Below, piece after piece: positions 25,148-36,819 of a stretch of 64,000 bases of DNA (the first letter of the stretch is position 1; the number at the start of each line of letters is the position of its first letter). The stretch is from Laetmonice hystrix (lineage: Eukaryota): contig OZ249436.1 in assembly GCA_965235115.1 (NCBI GenBank), positions 28,088,001-28,152,000 of the forward strand, written 5' to 3'. The position numbers were made by a program, and so were the translations under genes. Under the pieces are notes generated by a model. That model was not told where the DNA came from and did no database searches. It saw nothing but the letters and a program-made list of their open reading frames with translations.

Positions 25148-25578
25148 CTGCAGACAGAAACGGGGGCGCAGATTGTATGAGATGTTACAAAATGTCATCA
25201 TGTTTTATAAAGGTCCTCTAGCATGGGTCAAGCTTGCAGGTGTCAATATAATGTGGTGAAAATTGTAGTTTACTATGCAACCTGTTCAAAACACTTCCAT
25301 GATAGTTCTAGGGCCAAAACAAGTTTCGTTTCTTGTCCCCCCCCCCCGCACGCTACGTGAACCCCCCCCCCCCCCCCCCTCATGCCTAAAGTTTTTTTCT
25401 TTTTAATTCTTTAAAAAAAATTAAATGCTTCATATCAATTTTGTAGTGGACAGTGTAGCACTGTGGCAGAACGGTGCGTTTCTTTGGCCATAATTATTAG
25501 TGGTATTACCACTAGTAATACTTCAATGGTCTTAATTTGTGGTGACTACATTATAACTACTTAGATTAACATTGATAC

Positions 25579-25844
25579 CTTTTCCATCAGGCGTTGTGAA
25601 AGCTCTAACAGTTTGAACCTCGGACGCTGGAATCTCCTGCACCCAAGAGAAGAGCTGAGTGCCCCGATTCCACACATACAACTCTGCCATCTGGTGGTAG
25701 CGTCCGGTATCATCCAGACCGTTCGCCAGCACGATGTAGGCGTCACTGCCGATGAGGAACGTGTCCACATCCACGGCGCCTTTGGTGGCGATTTGTTGGT
25801 GGATTGTGAAGCGATTGTTGTCGTCTAGTTTGTAGACCAGGGAG
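25579..25844 (-). CDS. ADGRV1: ADGRV1 exon, EAR/EPTP repeats
   Basis: ttccag| acceptor, aag|gtatca donor; QQIATKGAVDVDTFLIG...IVLAN...ELYVWN. Confidence 0.92.
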
Positions 25845-25954
25845 CTGGAAACAGGAGCACATTTCATCGTTTACAGGATAGACTACTTAATGCTAAAAGC
25901 CTGGTTGGATTCCAATAAAAGATAGATGGGGCATTGAATGAATAGAAATCCGTA

Positions 25955-26311
25955 AAAACTGAAATATTTCTTACTTTAGTTCATATTTCTGGATACTGGC
26001 ATCATAAATGTTTGCGATCACAAAGAAAACTGAAATATTTCTTACTTCAGGTCATAATTCTGGATACTGGCATCATAACTGTTTGCGATCACAAAGAAAA
26101 CTGAAATATTTCTTACTTCAGTTCATATTTCTGGACACTGGCATCACAACTGTTTGCGATCACAAAGAAAACTGAAATATTTCTTACTTCAGTTCATATT
26201 TCTGGATACTGGCATCACAACTGTTTGCGATCACTAAGAAAACTGAAATATTTCTTACTTCAGTTCATATTTCTGGATACCGGCATCATAACTGTTTGCG
26301 ATCACTAAGAA
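25955..26311. repeat. 71-bp tandem repeat (5 copies including the exonic one) spanning a donor
   Basis: About 53 exonic nt + gtaagaaatatttcagtt repeated. Confidence 0.96.
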
Positions 26312-26539
26312 CAACTCGCTGTCCACTCTGACGACGGCGGCAGCAGTAGCGCCCCTAGTGGCGAGTCGTTGAACCGGGGCTGAAGTAAACTTGACTTGGC
26401 TGAAGTCCCACTGGTAGACCTCGGAGGTTACTGATGTCTGTCCATTGTTATCTATGTAATTTGTCACCACTAGGTAGTGGTCATTGTTCTGTGTAAACTG
26501 GACAGCGTCAGTCGCTCCCTTTGTCGGTATGTCCTGTAC
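26259..26539 (-). CDS. ADGRV1: ADGRV1 exon, EAR/EPTP repeats
   Basis: caacag| acceptor, gaa|gtaaga donor; QDIPTKGA...YLVVTN...SEVYQWD. Confidence 0.92.
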
Positions 26540-26915
26540 CTGTTGATAGATTATCAATTCTAAGACCAAGATCCTTTATTCGAAATACAATCGAATACAT
26601 TGTGACCACGATTCGTACAAATAGAATCAATATTATATTGGGATTCGACTAGAGAATGGTGGAAGAGGTTACCGGGAAGATGTGTTCAAATTGTGAGGTA
26701 TACGGATTAAAGAAGCACGGATTAACGAGTTTTAGCTGTCATTTATATAATAACCTTTATTTTTTTGAACTGGCCGTCGGTTTATAATCCAAAAGATATG
26801 ATTTTGTAAATATAATGTATATTATTACTATGAGTTTTAATTACATTGTCAAAAAATACGAATACAGGAATACTGTAAGAAAAGTAGAGGTGCGCCGTTG
26901 TGTGGTTTCACCTAC

Positions 26916-27062
26916 CACTTCAAGCCCGCCTTCAGGGTTGACTTTGTATAAACGTGATAGCGTTTCATGTCGAGACGGACCACCATAGTTAGTCATGAAG
27001 AGATAGGCTGTGCCCTCAATGTTAAACGATGTCACACCACTGGCCCCATCTGTCTCAATGCT
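26916..27062 (-). CDS. ADGRV1: ADGRV1 exon, EAR/EPTP repeat
   Basis: tttcag| acceptor, gtg|gtaggt donor (the phase-0 option); SIETDGASGVTSFNI. Confidence 0.88.
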
Positions 27063-27376
27063 CTGAAATAATAGTCAGAAAGTTTACATCTATTTTCTTC
27101 TTCATAATGTCATACATGTAGAGCTATTAACGACTATAGCAGTGAGAAACAGTCTAACTACGATTGTGGCAATAATATTTTATCTCTTAAAATTCTGGCA
27201 TTTCATTATGATCAAACTACTGTAAATTCTGTCAGGCCTATTCAATTCACAGTCTTATTCCAGGTTGACGCTGAAAACGATATGGCGCTTAATCACTTTT
27301 ATATTTGGCGTTTCTTGAATTTGCGTATTTAAGGGACTACTTTAAAACGTAATTTCCCCTGTTACGTAAAGCCCAC

Positions 27377-27571
27377 CTGGACTGGCACTGCAGCGCCCTG
27401 CCACCTGAACAAAGCGGACTGGGTGATGTTGTTCAGGTTGATATCCCTGCCTTCACCTGACGATCCGACCGCGGTCCTCAGTGGCGCCACCCTCTGGTGA
27501 TTGACCATAACAAGGTAGGTGGCGCCACCCACCTCCACGCTGCCCCAGCCTTTCATAATGCGTACATTTAG
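27377..27571 (-). CDS. ADGRV1: ADGRV1 exon, EAR region (LNVRIMK...SALFRWQG...PVQ)
   Basis: tttcag| acceptor, cag|gtgggc donor; 65 codons. Confidence 0.88.
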
Positions 27572-27950
27572 CTGAAAGATAAATACATCAGTTCAGGTGT
27601 CAGAAAGCCCACGGCCCAGTTCTTGCAAAAGCTTTAATCTTTACACTCAATGCATAGGACTATAGGCTACTTCTGCAGACCAGCCAATTAGTAGCGTAAT
27701 AAGCTTAAGCAAGATCTTAAGCTTTTAACCCCATGTGGGCCCATGCGACATTACTACATTCAAACCCTGGATTATGTAATTAATATTTATCTGTCCTGAG
27801 AAAACATCTGAAACCTGAAGAAGTTAGAACGCAACTAATAACAAAAAAGGGTTCTAATTGCACATGAGGAAAGAATTAAAACCTGAAAATGTATGGAATG
27901 AACTGCGTAGTTTACGCTTTTTATGCCGTACAAGTTAGAACTATTTATGA

Positions 27951-28445
27951 AGCCCATCGCACATTGTGCAGACTTTGAGGAACCTGACAGTCAGCAACTG
28001 GTTAGCAACTCTCATGTGTCCACGACTGATCGCCGCACATACTGGCGATCGAACACTGTGGAGATTCGAGACTGCATGGACTCAAGATTTTAGTGAACTC
28101 CGGTCAGACCTTATTAAACACCACACTCCTTCCCATGACCCTCTTCGTGACTAAGAGGCTCATGGGAAGGAGTTTGATTAAACACGTGACCTTATCGTCA
28201 TGTGACGGCAGGGTGTTCGCTGATTGGCTGACGCTACCGATACCAGTTCCGACCAGTCGCCGACATACGCACACTGTGGAAACTTTGAGGAACTTTCAAC
28301 TAAGGGAACTGAAGACTAAACATGTTTAGTCTTCACTAGTCGCCAGACATTAGTGGAGACTGCAGTCGGCAACCAGTCTTCAGCGAGCCGCCGACTTTTC
28401 AGTTTCTTCTAGTGGCTCAAAGTTCTCCACAGTGTGCGGCGGGCT
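27951..28445. mobile_element. MITE, Harbinger-like
   Basis: agcccatcgcacattgtgcagactttgag ... ctcaaagttctccacagtgtgcggcgggct imperfect TIRs; tga/tta flanks. Confidence 0.6.
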
Positions 28446-28606
28446 TTATACCTCAATAATAGATACTTTTATTTGGAAATAAATGCGTGGTACAAAATAT
28501 TTTTGTGCTTTTTGATTGGCTGGTTTAAGCAGAGTGTTACGTTTAAGCTTAAGCAAGAACTCTGGTTTTGAAAAAAAGGTTCCATTTGGTTGCTGACGGC
28601 TGGTAC

Positions 28607-28766
28607 CTGCTGTATGGTGGCCAGACGTAGGTCGGCACCCATCTGGGAGTAGGCGGTGATGGCCCGGGTTACCACGTCAACCGACACCTCCTCCAGTGAG
28701 CCGAGCGAGCGGAGAATGTCCACGTATACCACCCGCCGACCTTCCTCCACCGTCACGCTTCGGTTC
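28607..28766 (-). CDS. ADGRV1: ADGRV1 exon (NRSVTVEEG...ATIQQ)
   Basis: gcacag| acceptor, cag|gtacca donor. Confidence 0.9.
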
Positions 28767-28780
28767 CTGTGCAACAACAA

Positions 28781-30580
28781 CCGGCAACAATTAACACGGC
28801 AACAATTAACACGGCAACAATTAACACCGGTAATACTGCCAGTCAGAGCAGGCGGCCACCGGCAACACTGTCAGTCGGAGCGACCGGCCACCGGCAGCAC
28901 TGCCAGTCAGAGCGTCCGGCCACCGGCAGCACTGCCAGTCAGAGCAGGCGGCCACCGGCAACACTGTCAGTCGGAGCGACCGGCCACCGGCAGCACTGCC
29001 AGTCAGAGCAGGCGGCCACCGGCAACACTGTCAGTCGGAGCGACCGGCCACCGGCAGCACTGCCAGTCAGAGCAGGCGGCCACCGGCAACACTGTCAGTC
29101 GGAGCGACCGGCCACCGGCAGCACTGCCAATCAGAGCAGGCGGCCACCGGCAACACTGCCAGTCGGAGCGACCGGCCACCGGCAGCACTGCCAGTCAGAG
29201 CGTCCGGCCACCGGCAGCACTGCCAGTCAGAGTGTCCGGCCACTGGCAGCACTGCCAGTCAGAGCGACCAGCCACCGGCAGCACTGCCAGTCAGAGCGAC
29301 CAGCCACCGGCAGCACTGTCAGTCAGAGCGACCAGCCACCGGCAGCACTGCCAGTCAGAGTGTCCGGCCACTGGCAGCACTGCCAGTCAGAGCGATCAGC
29401 CACCGGCAGCACTGCCAGTCAGAGCGACCGGCCACCGGCAACACTGCCTGTCGGAGCAGGCGGCCACCGGCAACCCTGACCAGTCAGAGCGACCAGCCAC
29501 CGGCAGCACTGCCAGTCAGAGCGTCCGGCCACCGGCAGCACTGCCAGTCAGAGCGTCCGGCCACCGGCAGCACTGCCAGTCAGAGCAGGCGGCCACCCGC
29601 AACACTGTCAGTCGGAGCGACCGGCCACCGGCAGCACTGCCAGTCAGAGCAGGCGGCCGCCGGCAACGCTGTCAGTCTGAGCGACCGGCCACCGGCAACA
29701 CTGCCTGTCAGAGCAGGCGGCCACCGGCAACACTGTCAGTCAGAGCGCGCGGCCACCCGTAGCACTGCCCAGTCAGAGCGCGCGGCCACCGGTAACACTG
29801 CTGAATCAGAGCGCGCGGCCACCAGCAACACTGCCAAGTCAGAGTGCGCGGCCACAGGCAGCACTGCCAATCACAGCGCGCGGCTACTGGCAATACTGCC
29901 CAGTCAGAGCGCGCGGCCACACAGGCAGCACTGCCAGTCACAGTGCGCGGCCACCGGCAGCACTGCCGGTCAGAGCGCGCGGCTACTGGCAACACTGCCC
30001 AGTCAGAACGCGCGGCCACCGGCAGCACTGCCGGTCAGAGCGCGCGGCCACCGGCAACACTGCCCAGTCAGAGCGGGCGGCCACCGGCAACACTGCCCAG
30101 TCAGAGCGACCAGCCACCGGCAGCACTGCCTGTCAGAGCAGGCGGCCACCGGCAACACTGTCAGTCAGAGCGCGCGGCCACCGGTAGCACTGCCCAGTCA
30201 AAGCGCGCGGCCACCGGCAACACTCCCAGTCAGACCGACCGGCCACCGGCAACACTGCCAGTCAGGGCGCGTGCATGGCCACCGGCAGCACTGCCCAGCC
30301 AGAGCGCGCGGCCAAAGGCAACACTGCCAGTCAGAGCGCGCAGCCACAGGCAACACTGCCAGTCAGAGCGCGCAGCCACAGGCAACACTGCCAGTCAGAG
30401 CGTGCGGCCACCGGCAACACTGTCAGTCGGAGCACGCGGCCACAGGCAGCACTGCCAGTCAGAGCGCGCGGCCACATTCAACACTGCCAGTCAGAGCGTG
30501 CGGCCATAGGCAACACTGCCAGTCAGAGCGCGCGGCCAGCGGCAGCACTGTCAGTCAGAGCACGCGGTCACCGGCAACGC
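28781..30580. repeat. 15-bp x3 repeat plus 32-bp GC-rich minisatellite next to an acceptor; resumes at 31316-31398
   Basis: cggcaacaattaaca x3, then cagtcagagcgaccggccaccggcagcactgc variants. Confidence 0.96.
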
Positions 30581-30589
30581 TTCTCATGG

Positions 30590-31300
30590 TGGTTCCACAC
30601 CAGAGCAAGACAACTACAAGACAACGACAAGACAACGACAATACAAATACAAAGTCAAAATGTCTTGCTGGTGTGGTATTCACACAGTGTGGAAGGGCAG
30701 ACCAGCAAGACAACTACAATACAAAGATACAATAGAACTCTCTAGTGGCAGAGGAGGGAAAATAACAGGGGGTTGTGGCTTGACCATGGGCGTCGCGAAG
30801 GGGGGGGGGGGCACTGCCCTCCTGGAAAATATGAGAAAAAAATAAAATGTATTACCTGTATTAAAATTAACATGAAACGCCAATGTGATTAGCTCCACCC
30901 TCCATATCAGGTTATGTGCCCCCCTGGAAAAATCCTAGAGTGCCCCCCCCCCCCTAGAAAAGTGACGCCCATGGTCTTGCCCCATCTTCCTCGGACGGCA
31001 GTCTGCTTTCAGAATCAGAGTGACTCGAACTAGGCCGGGGCAATCAGCCCGGGCAGAAAACTTACAACCAGTTACAACTCGCCACAACCCCGGAGGAGGA
31101 GACCGCCTCTTGTAGCTCTTTGCCTCTCCGTGTCGGATAGGCCGGCAGCCGGCAAGCCACCTCGGGAGCCTCTCAGTCTCCCGTCCGACAACAGCCCGAC
31201 AAGACAAAAGATGAACATGGTTCATCTCCGTTTTGTCTTGTCGTTGTCTTGCTGTTGTCGGACCATTCTTGTCTTGCCGTTGCCGGCCCGGTGTGGAAGG
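30590..31300. mobile_element. MITE-like insertion splitting the minisatellite
   Basis: ttccacacc...caagacaacgacaaga at left and reverse complement (tcttgtcgttgtcttg...ggtgtggaa) at right. Confidence 0.55.
30785..30973. mobile_element. hAT-like MITE nested in the 30590-31300 element
   Basis: catgggcgtc...gacgcccatg TIR; imperfect 8-bp TSD ggcttgac/gtcttgcc. Confidence 0.6.
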
Positions 31301-31843
31301 TATAATAGAAATGAACTGCCAGTCAGAGCGCCCGGCCACCGGCAGCACTGCCAGTCAGAGCGCCCGGCCACCGGCAGCACTGCCCAGTCAGAGCACGCGC
31401 CTCTGCTGTATGCAGCTGTTAGTTGCATTAAATTGTAGTTTGTTTTGCTATTACTCCTAGACTTCTAGACCCCACTGTTTTTATATCAAACAAGGGGCAA
31501 CTTTTTAAAGCCCATACACTATTTGATCAGCTTTAGGTGAACTATACTGCACTACTAAACAAGATAACATTTTAACATCAATTCCCATGCTCATGCAGGA
31601 AAGAGACATGGATGTAGAGTGGAGATAAGTTACACGGGGGTTCAAAGCCCACCTTTTGGAATTTTTTTCTTTAAAATACACTTTCCTGATGTGCACCCTA
31701 TATACCCTTTCCAAAAACCTCGATCTGCTCCTTCAATCCTGATGTCAATCAGCAGGATTTTGGGGCGTTTCCCTTCCCCCACCTAAAATGCAGTTGTTAT
31801 GGGGCACTTAAGAACCCTGCGGCATCCTAAAAACCTCCTCTAC

Positions 31844-32025
31844 CTTGAACCTGCTGGGTAGATCTCCATGCGGCCATAGGGAGCGTCGTTTCTTTCTATC
31901 ACCAGGGTGCGCTCTATTACAAGGCCGAGGCTCGCCGTGTCGGGGGCAAGGAGTGTTACAAGGAATGTCTCAGCTTCCTCGGGAATATCGTCGGCCACTG
32001 CCGATATCTCCAAGGTTACCGTGCC
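31844..32025 (-). CDS. ADGRV1: ADGRV1 exon (GTVTLEISAVADDIPEEAETF...PAGS)
   Basis: ttacag| acceptor, aag|gtagag donor. Confidence 0.92.
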
Positions 32026-32162
32026 CTGTAAGGTAACGCGACATGTCATATTTCAAAATGTTGTCTACACACACCATGGATATACTTCATAGATATAACG
32101 TAAACAAAGAAAAACTGTCGAATTTTAACCTACTTTTTATTATCACATCTGCGTTTATAAGG

Positions 32163-32165
32163 AAG

Positions 32166-32224
<59 letters not shown>

Positions 32225-32350
32225 AAAAGAGAGAGAAAAGAAAGAGAGGAAGAAAGGTAGAAAGTAAGAGAGAAAGAAAGAGCGAGGGAAGGAATGAACA
32301 AGCAAACAAAGAAAAGAAAGATAGAAACAAACAAACAAATGAAGAACGAA
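32163..32350. repeat. (GAAA)n microsatellite and purine-rich tract
   Basis: Direct reading. Confidence 0.95.
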
Positions 32351-33050
32351 AGCAGGAAACAACCAAACAAAGAAGCCCCAACAGCCACTTTAAAACGGCA
32401 TAAAAAGTTTAACATTCTTGGAGTCAGACCTAAGCTCCAGGGATAATGTCCATTAAAGGTAATCGATCACCATACGGCCGCGAGTTTTGTCGAAGCGGTG
32501 TCCCCATCTCCTACGAATCCGCGTATTTCAAGCTTACCTGATCTTGAATCTATCCCACTGGACTGATAAAACATTCTGTCGTATCCATAACATTGTTGTG
32601 CTAGGTCTGTTGATGATTATGAGCCATAATGAGGCGATACATTCCATATAATTTTTTCATCTCAATGGATTGAGAACCTAAACCGACCGCCATGACCGCG
32701 TTAGCATTGCCAGGGCGGTCGTTACTAAGCAACGGGATTCGGCGCATGCGTTACCTCGCACTGCTCCGCCCGCCCTCCCCCATAATCCAAATAAGGGCAT
32801 AATTTGATTCGCGTGCTTTCGTCTCTAGCCAAATAGGTAAACGCTTAATTAATTAATTAAAAATATTGTCGAAATGGACGCGCCATGGTACTAGACTGCT
32901 AGAAACCCCTTAAAATAATTGTTTTTACTCAAGTTTTGTTGAATTGACTGCGTTTATTTCAATTTTTGGAGAGATTTCCTTTAAAACCAGTGTAACATAT
33001 AATAATATAAATAAAGATAAATTTAAACTTAAAGTGAAAGTTGCTCCTAC

Positions 33051-33301
33051 CTCTCGGTCTCTAAAGGTGACGAAGCCCTCCACTGGGGTGAGGTCGGTGA
33101 CGTTGTCCCCGCCGCCAGTGACAGACCGGACGCGGAAGGGCACGTTGACGATACCAAACACGCCCGGCGCCCTCGTCAGTCTCAGCTCGGCCTGGCTCTG
33201 AGCTGAGTTGAGTGGGGTTGGTTCATTCAATGTGACCGCCTCACTCGACTCGAAACTCACCACTCCGCTCGCCTGGTCACTGGCCATGATGGTGATCACA
33301 G
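33051..33301 (-). CDS. ADGRV1: ADGRV1 exon (VITIMASDQASG...TFRDRE)
   Basis: tgacag| acceptor, gag|gtagga donor. Confidence 0.92.
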
Positions 33302-33501
33302 CTGTCAAACAAAACCAAGCTTGCCTTGAACACAACGAACCGTTACCAATTAAGTTTGATGTCGCCTTCTGATGCATGATGTCTTCTTAATTTAATCCTT
33401 AATTAACTAGCGGCAGATTTTACTGCGTTTAAGTTATTTAAAATGGTTTAAAAGTTTGTTTGTTTGAAGTGGTCTACACTGATAGTCCTAGGCTCGGTTA
33501 C

Positions 33502-33643
33502 CTCTGTGCTCTGCCCCGATGGTCAGGCCCCCTTTCGGGGAGGCAAGGATGATTTGCAGTTCTTCCCTTGGCTCCGGGTCTTCGTCATCATACATCGACA
33601 CAACAACATACGTGACCGCCTGACCCGCCGCAAACTGGATCTC
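33502..33643 (-). CDS. ADGRV1: ADGRV1 exon (EIQFAAGQ...GAEHR)
   Basis: ttacag| acceptor, gag|gtaacc donor; DDEDPEPREE motif. Confidence 0.92.
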
Positions 33644-33644
33644 C

Positions 33645-34142
33645 TGTAACATGCAACACGTCACAGTTCTCAGGATGTGACACACAACAGGATATGACAC
33701 ACAACAGGATGTAACACGCAACACGTCACAGTTCTCAGGATGTGACACACAGCAGGATATGACACACAACAGGATGTAACACGCAACACGTCACAGTTCT
33801 CAGGATGTGACACACAACAGGATATGACACACAACAGGATGTAACACGCAACACGTCACAGTTCTCAGGATGTGTCACACAACAGGATGTGACACACAAC
33901 AGGTCACGGTTCTGAGGATGTGACACACAATAGGGCACGGTTCTCAGGATGTGACAGACAACAGGTCACGGTTCTCAGGATGTGACAGACAATAGGGCAC
34001 GATTCTCAAGATGTGACACACAACAGGTCACGGTTCTCAGGCTGTGACACACAATAGGGCACGGTTCTCAGGATGTGACACGCAACAGGTCACAGTTTTC
34101 AGGATGTGACACACAAGAGATCACAGTTCTCAGGATGTGACA
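33645..34142. repeat. About 31-bp minisatellite with a 66-bp higher-order unit abutting an acceptor
   Basis: cacagttctcaggatgtgacacacaacagg variants beginning at the AG of exon 33502-33643. Confidence 0.93.
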
Positions 34143-35667
34143 TAAAGACACAAAGAGTGATTATTTTTCAAACCAGACCCCGCCTTTGACGATCGTTAAG
34201 TTGTGCTTCGCCCCATGCCCCCCCCCCCCCCCCCCGTTTTTCTGAATCCACGCCTGTGTCCACCCCCTTCACTAGAGTAGACCGGGAAATAGCAGTGGTA
34301 GCAGTCAAAATAGGTACGAGGATGAGAACGACTGGAATGGCGAAGACTGCTCAGCAGCAGTTCCTGCCAAAATTTCCGATATGGGGGGGGGGGGCGTTGT
34401 CATCGTGTGGACGCCGCCATTATGGTAAAAGTTGGACTGCCGAAATCGTATTGCTATTCTATCTGCCAGTACCATTTAGGAGGGGTGCCCAATTTGAACG
34501 ACTGAGCCATTTCAGGGTTACTTTGATATGGTGTGCTCTCTGATCCGGCCGATTGAACATTTCGTCCACTGACCAACTGTTTTAGGTGTTGTGTGCACAC
34601 AAACAAGTTTTCACCGACTGTATATGTTGATAATGAGCAAACAAGTAACAGGCTCACATAATTTGATGTCACAATACGATTTCGACACGACAACATGTCA
34701 TAGCCATAGCCATGACATAGGCCTAGTGCACACGTGTGCCATAGATTACGAATTTAATGGAGACTCCCTTGGAAGAATTTCTAAGTGCAGTACAGTATGC
34801 GAGCCACAGCCTTTGTTTGCCCTTCAGCCTTGGACACACAGACAGCATGTACCACTGGTAGGTGCAGTGTCGCTTTTCCCCGAACACAATCAGTGGCGGA
34901 TCCAGGGGGGGGGGGGGCTCCCGGCCTGGGCCCCCTCTATTTTCCAAACTCTTACCTATTTTCTATGTTTCATGCTTAAAAATAATGGAATTTCGTTGAA
35001 AGATTTGGGAGAAATTTCTAATCAACATGTTCAGAAAACATGTTTCCGACATTCCTGAAAAAAAATTCTGGGGGAGGGCCCCTACCTTGGCGTCATACCT
35101 GGTGGAAATATTGGTTATATTGGCCACTCTCAGGAGTAGACCAGCAACGGAACAGCCAGCATTACGGAGGAATGCCCTGTGTTATTATTCTGACGATGCT
35201 GGTTGTTCCACTGAAATTATACCTACCCCTGGCAGAGGAATATTGGACTTAGGCCTAGAAAATGTCTACCAATAATTTCATTCGCTGACAATTCTATTTA
35301 ATCTATGAAGGTATAATAGGCCCATGCTGGTAGTGAATAGAACGTTTCTCTTTATAAATAACACAAGCGTTGTGTTACAATACAAATGTACTAACGATGT
35401 TTCTGGGCTGCCTCTTAAAAGTGGCAGTTAACCCTTTCGAGACAGGCCCCTTGCGGCTGTCGGAATTGTTATTCCTACGTTTGGTCGGGAATAAAGCGTA
35501 GCTAATAAACCAATCTCCTGTCGAGCTGCCCTTGTTTTGTTGTTTGTTATTTTCTCCCCTCATCTTTTTAAATGGGTTACAGTTAGGGATAGGGATAGTT
35601 ATAAGCCCTATTACAAAGCTTGTCATATGCAAACTTTGGTCCAGAGCTAGCCTTGGGAAAAACATTA

Positions 35668-36570
35668 TACCCCCGTCACACTTATTCGGAATCAGCAGAA
35701 ATCAAGCAGAACCAGCCGGAATGAAGAATACTCAAAATTCGCGCCACATTCGGGAGCAAATTTCAAATTGACCAAAATTCTTACAGCTTTGTAAGAATGC
35801 CGTTCAAATACTTAGAATGCGCTTCGAACCCGCCTCGAATGATTCTTGCACATTCTGGGTGTATTAGCTCTCGAATGCAGCTCGAATGTAGTTGGAACAC
35901 AGTAGGAATATTTAGAATGTTGTTAGAATGCAGTCAGAATATTTAGAATGCACCTCGAATGCCGTACGAGTGCGGTTCGATTGCTGCCCAAATACCGCCC
36001 GAAGTCTAGTTGGAAGGTGCCTCGAATGCTGTACGAATTCACCTCGAATGCAGTCAGAACGCTCCCAGAATGGCAGCCGAATATGGTTCGAACGTCCAAG
36101 AATTCAAACAGAATGCAGTTGAAATACTTGGAATGAACTTCGAATGTACTTAGAATGTCCCGAGTATAGATTCCGGAAGCAATCGAGATGCATTCGAGGT
36201 GCATTCCGGCTCATTCGAGGCTCATTCGGGACATTCTGGCAGGATTTGAAGTGGCTTGCCTTTTCGATTTTTCCTGGAATGCAATGTTTCGAATGCTGTT
36301 GGAATGCCGTAAGAATATTTAGAATGCAGTCAGAGTGCATTTAGAATACACTTTGAATGCCGTTCGATATTTCTCCACTTCGAATGCACCTCGAATGTTT
36401 TAAGCATGAGCAAAACATTCGGGCCGCCAACAAGAATGGGCCCGAATATTTGGAATACACTCAGAATGCAGTCAGAATATTTAGAATTCACTTCGAATAT
36501 CCAGGAATGTACAAAGAACTTTCATTCCGATGGCATTCCGGTTCATTCCGCCTCTAGTGTGACTAGGGTA
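35668..36570. mobile_element. GAATG-rich MITE copy 1, Harbinger-like
   Basis: TIR tacccccgtcacact / agtgtgactagggta; TTA duplicated; approximate empty site near 43590. Confidence 0.85.
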
Positions 36571-36819
36571 TTAGCTTGAGGCCGAGATGTGCACTGGGGA
36601 TCGAGGACCACTCGGCACACCGTTCGAGTGGCTGACGTCATATCTCGGCTGTACGACGGAGGTCGCCATATTGGGGGTGGGGTGGGTGGGTGACTAGGTC
36701 CACGACAACAACAAACTGAAAGTTCCACGGCGCCGCCATGCCGAAAATGGAAAACTCCCCACTTAATTAGCCTGTGTCGGACTTTACAGAGTTCGAATAT
36801 CTGGTTTGCTTGCAGGTAA

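Noticed and set aside
545..26311. CRISPR-like appearance of regular arrays
   Set aside because: No unique spacers, no cas genes, spliceosomal eukaryotic context.
28656..30745. 368-aa and other ORFs over the GC-rich array
   Set aside because: All three frames cycle through the same 32-bp unit; repeat artefact.
32457..32910. Possible TTAA-flanked MITE
   Set aside because: TTAA on both sides but terminal inverted repeats are not convincing and there is no empty site in the window.
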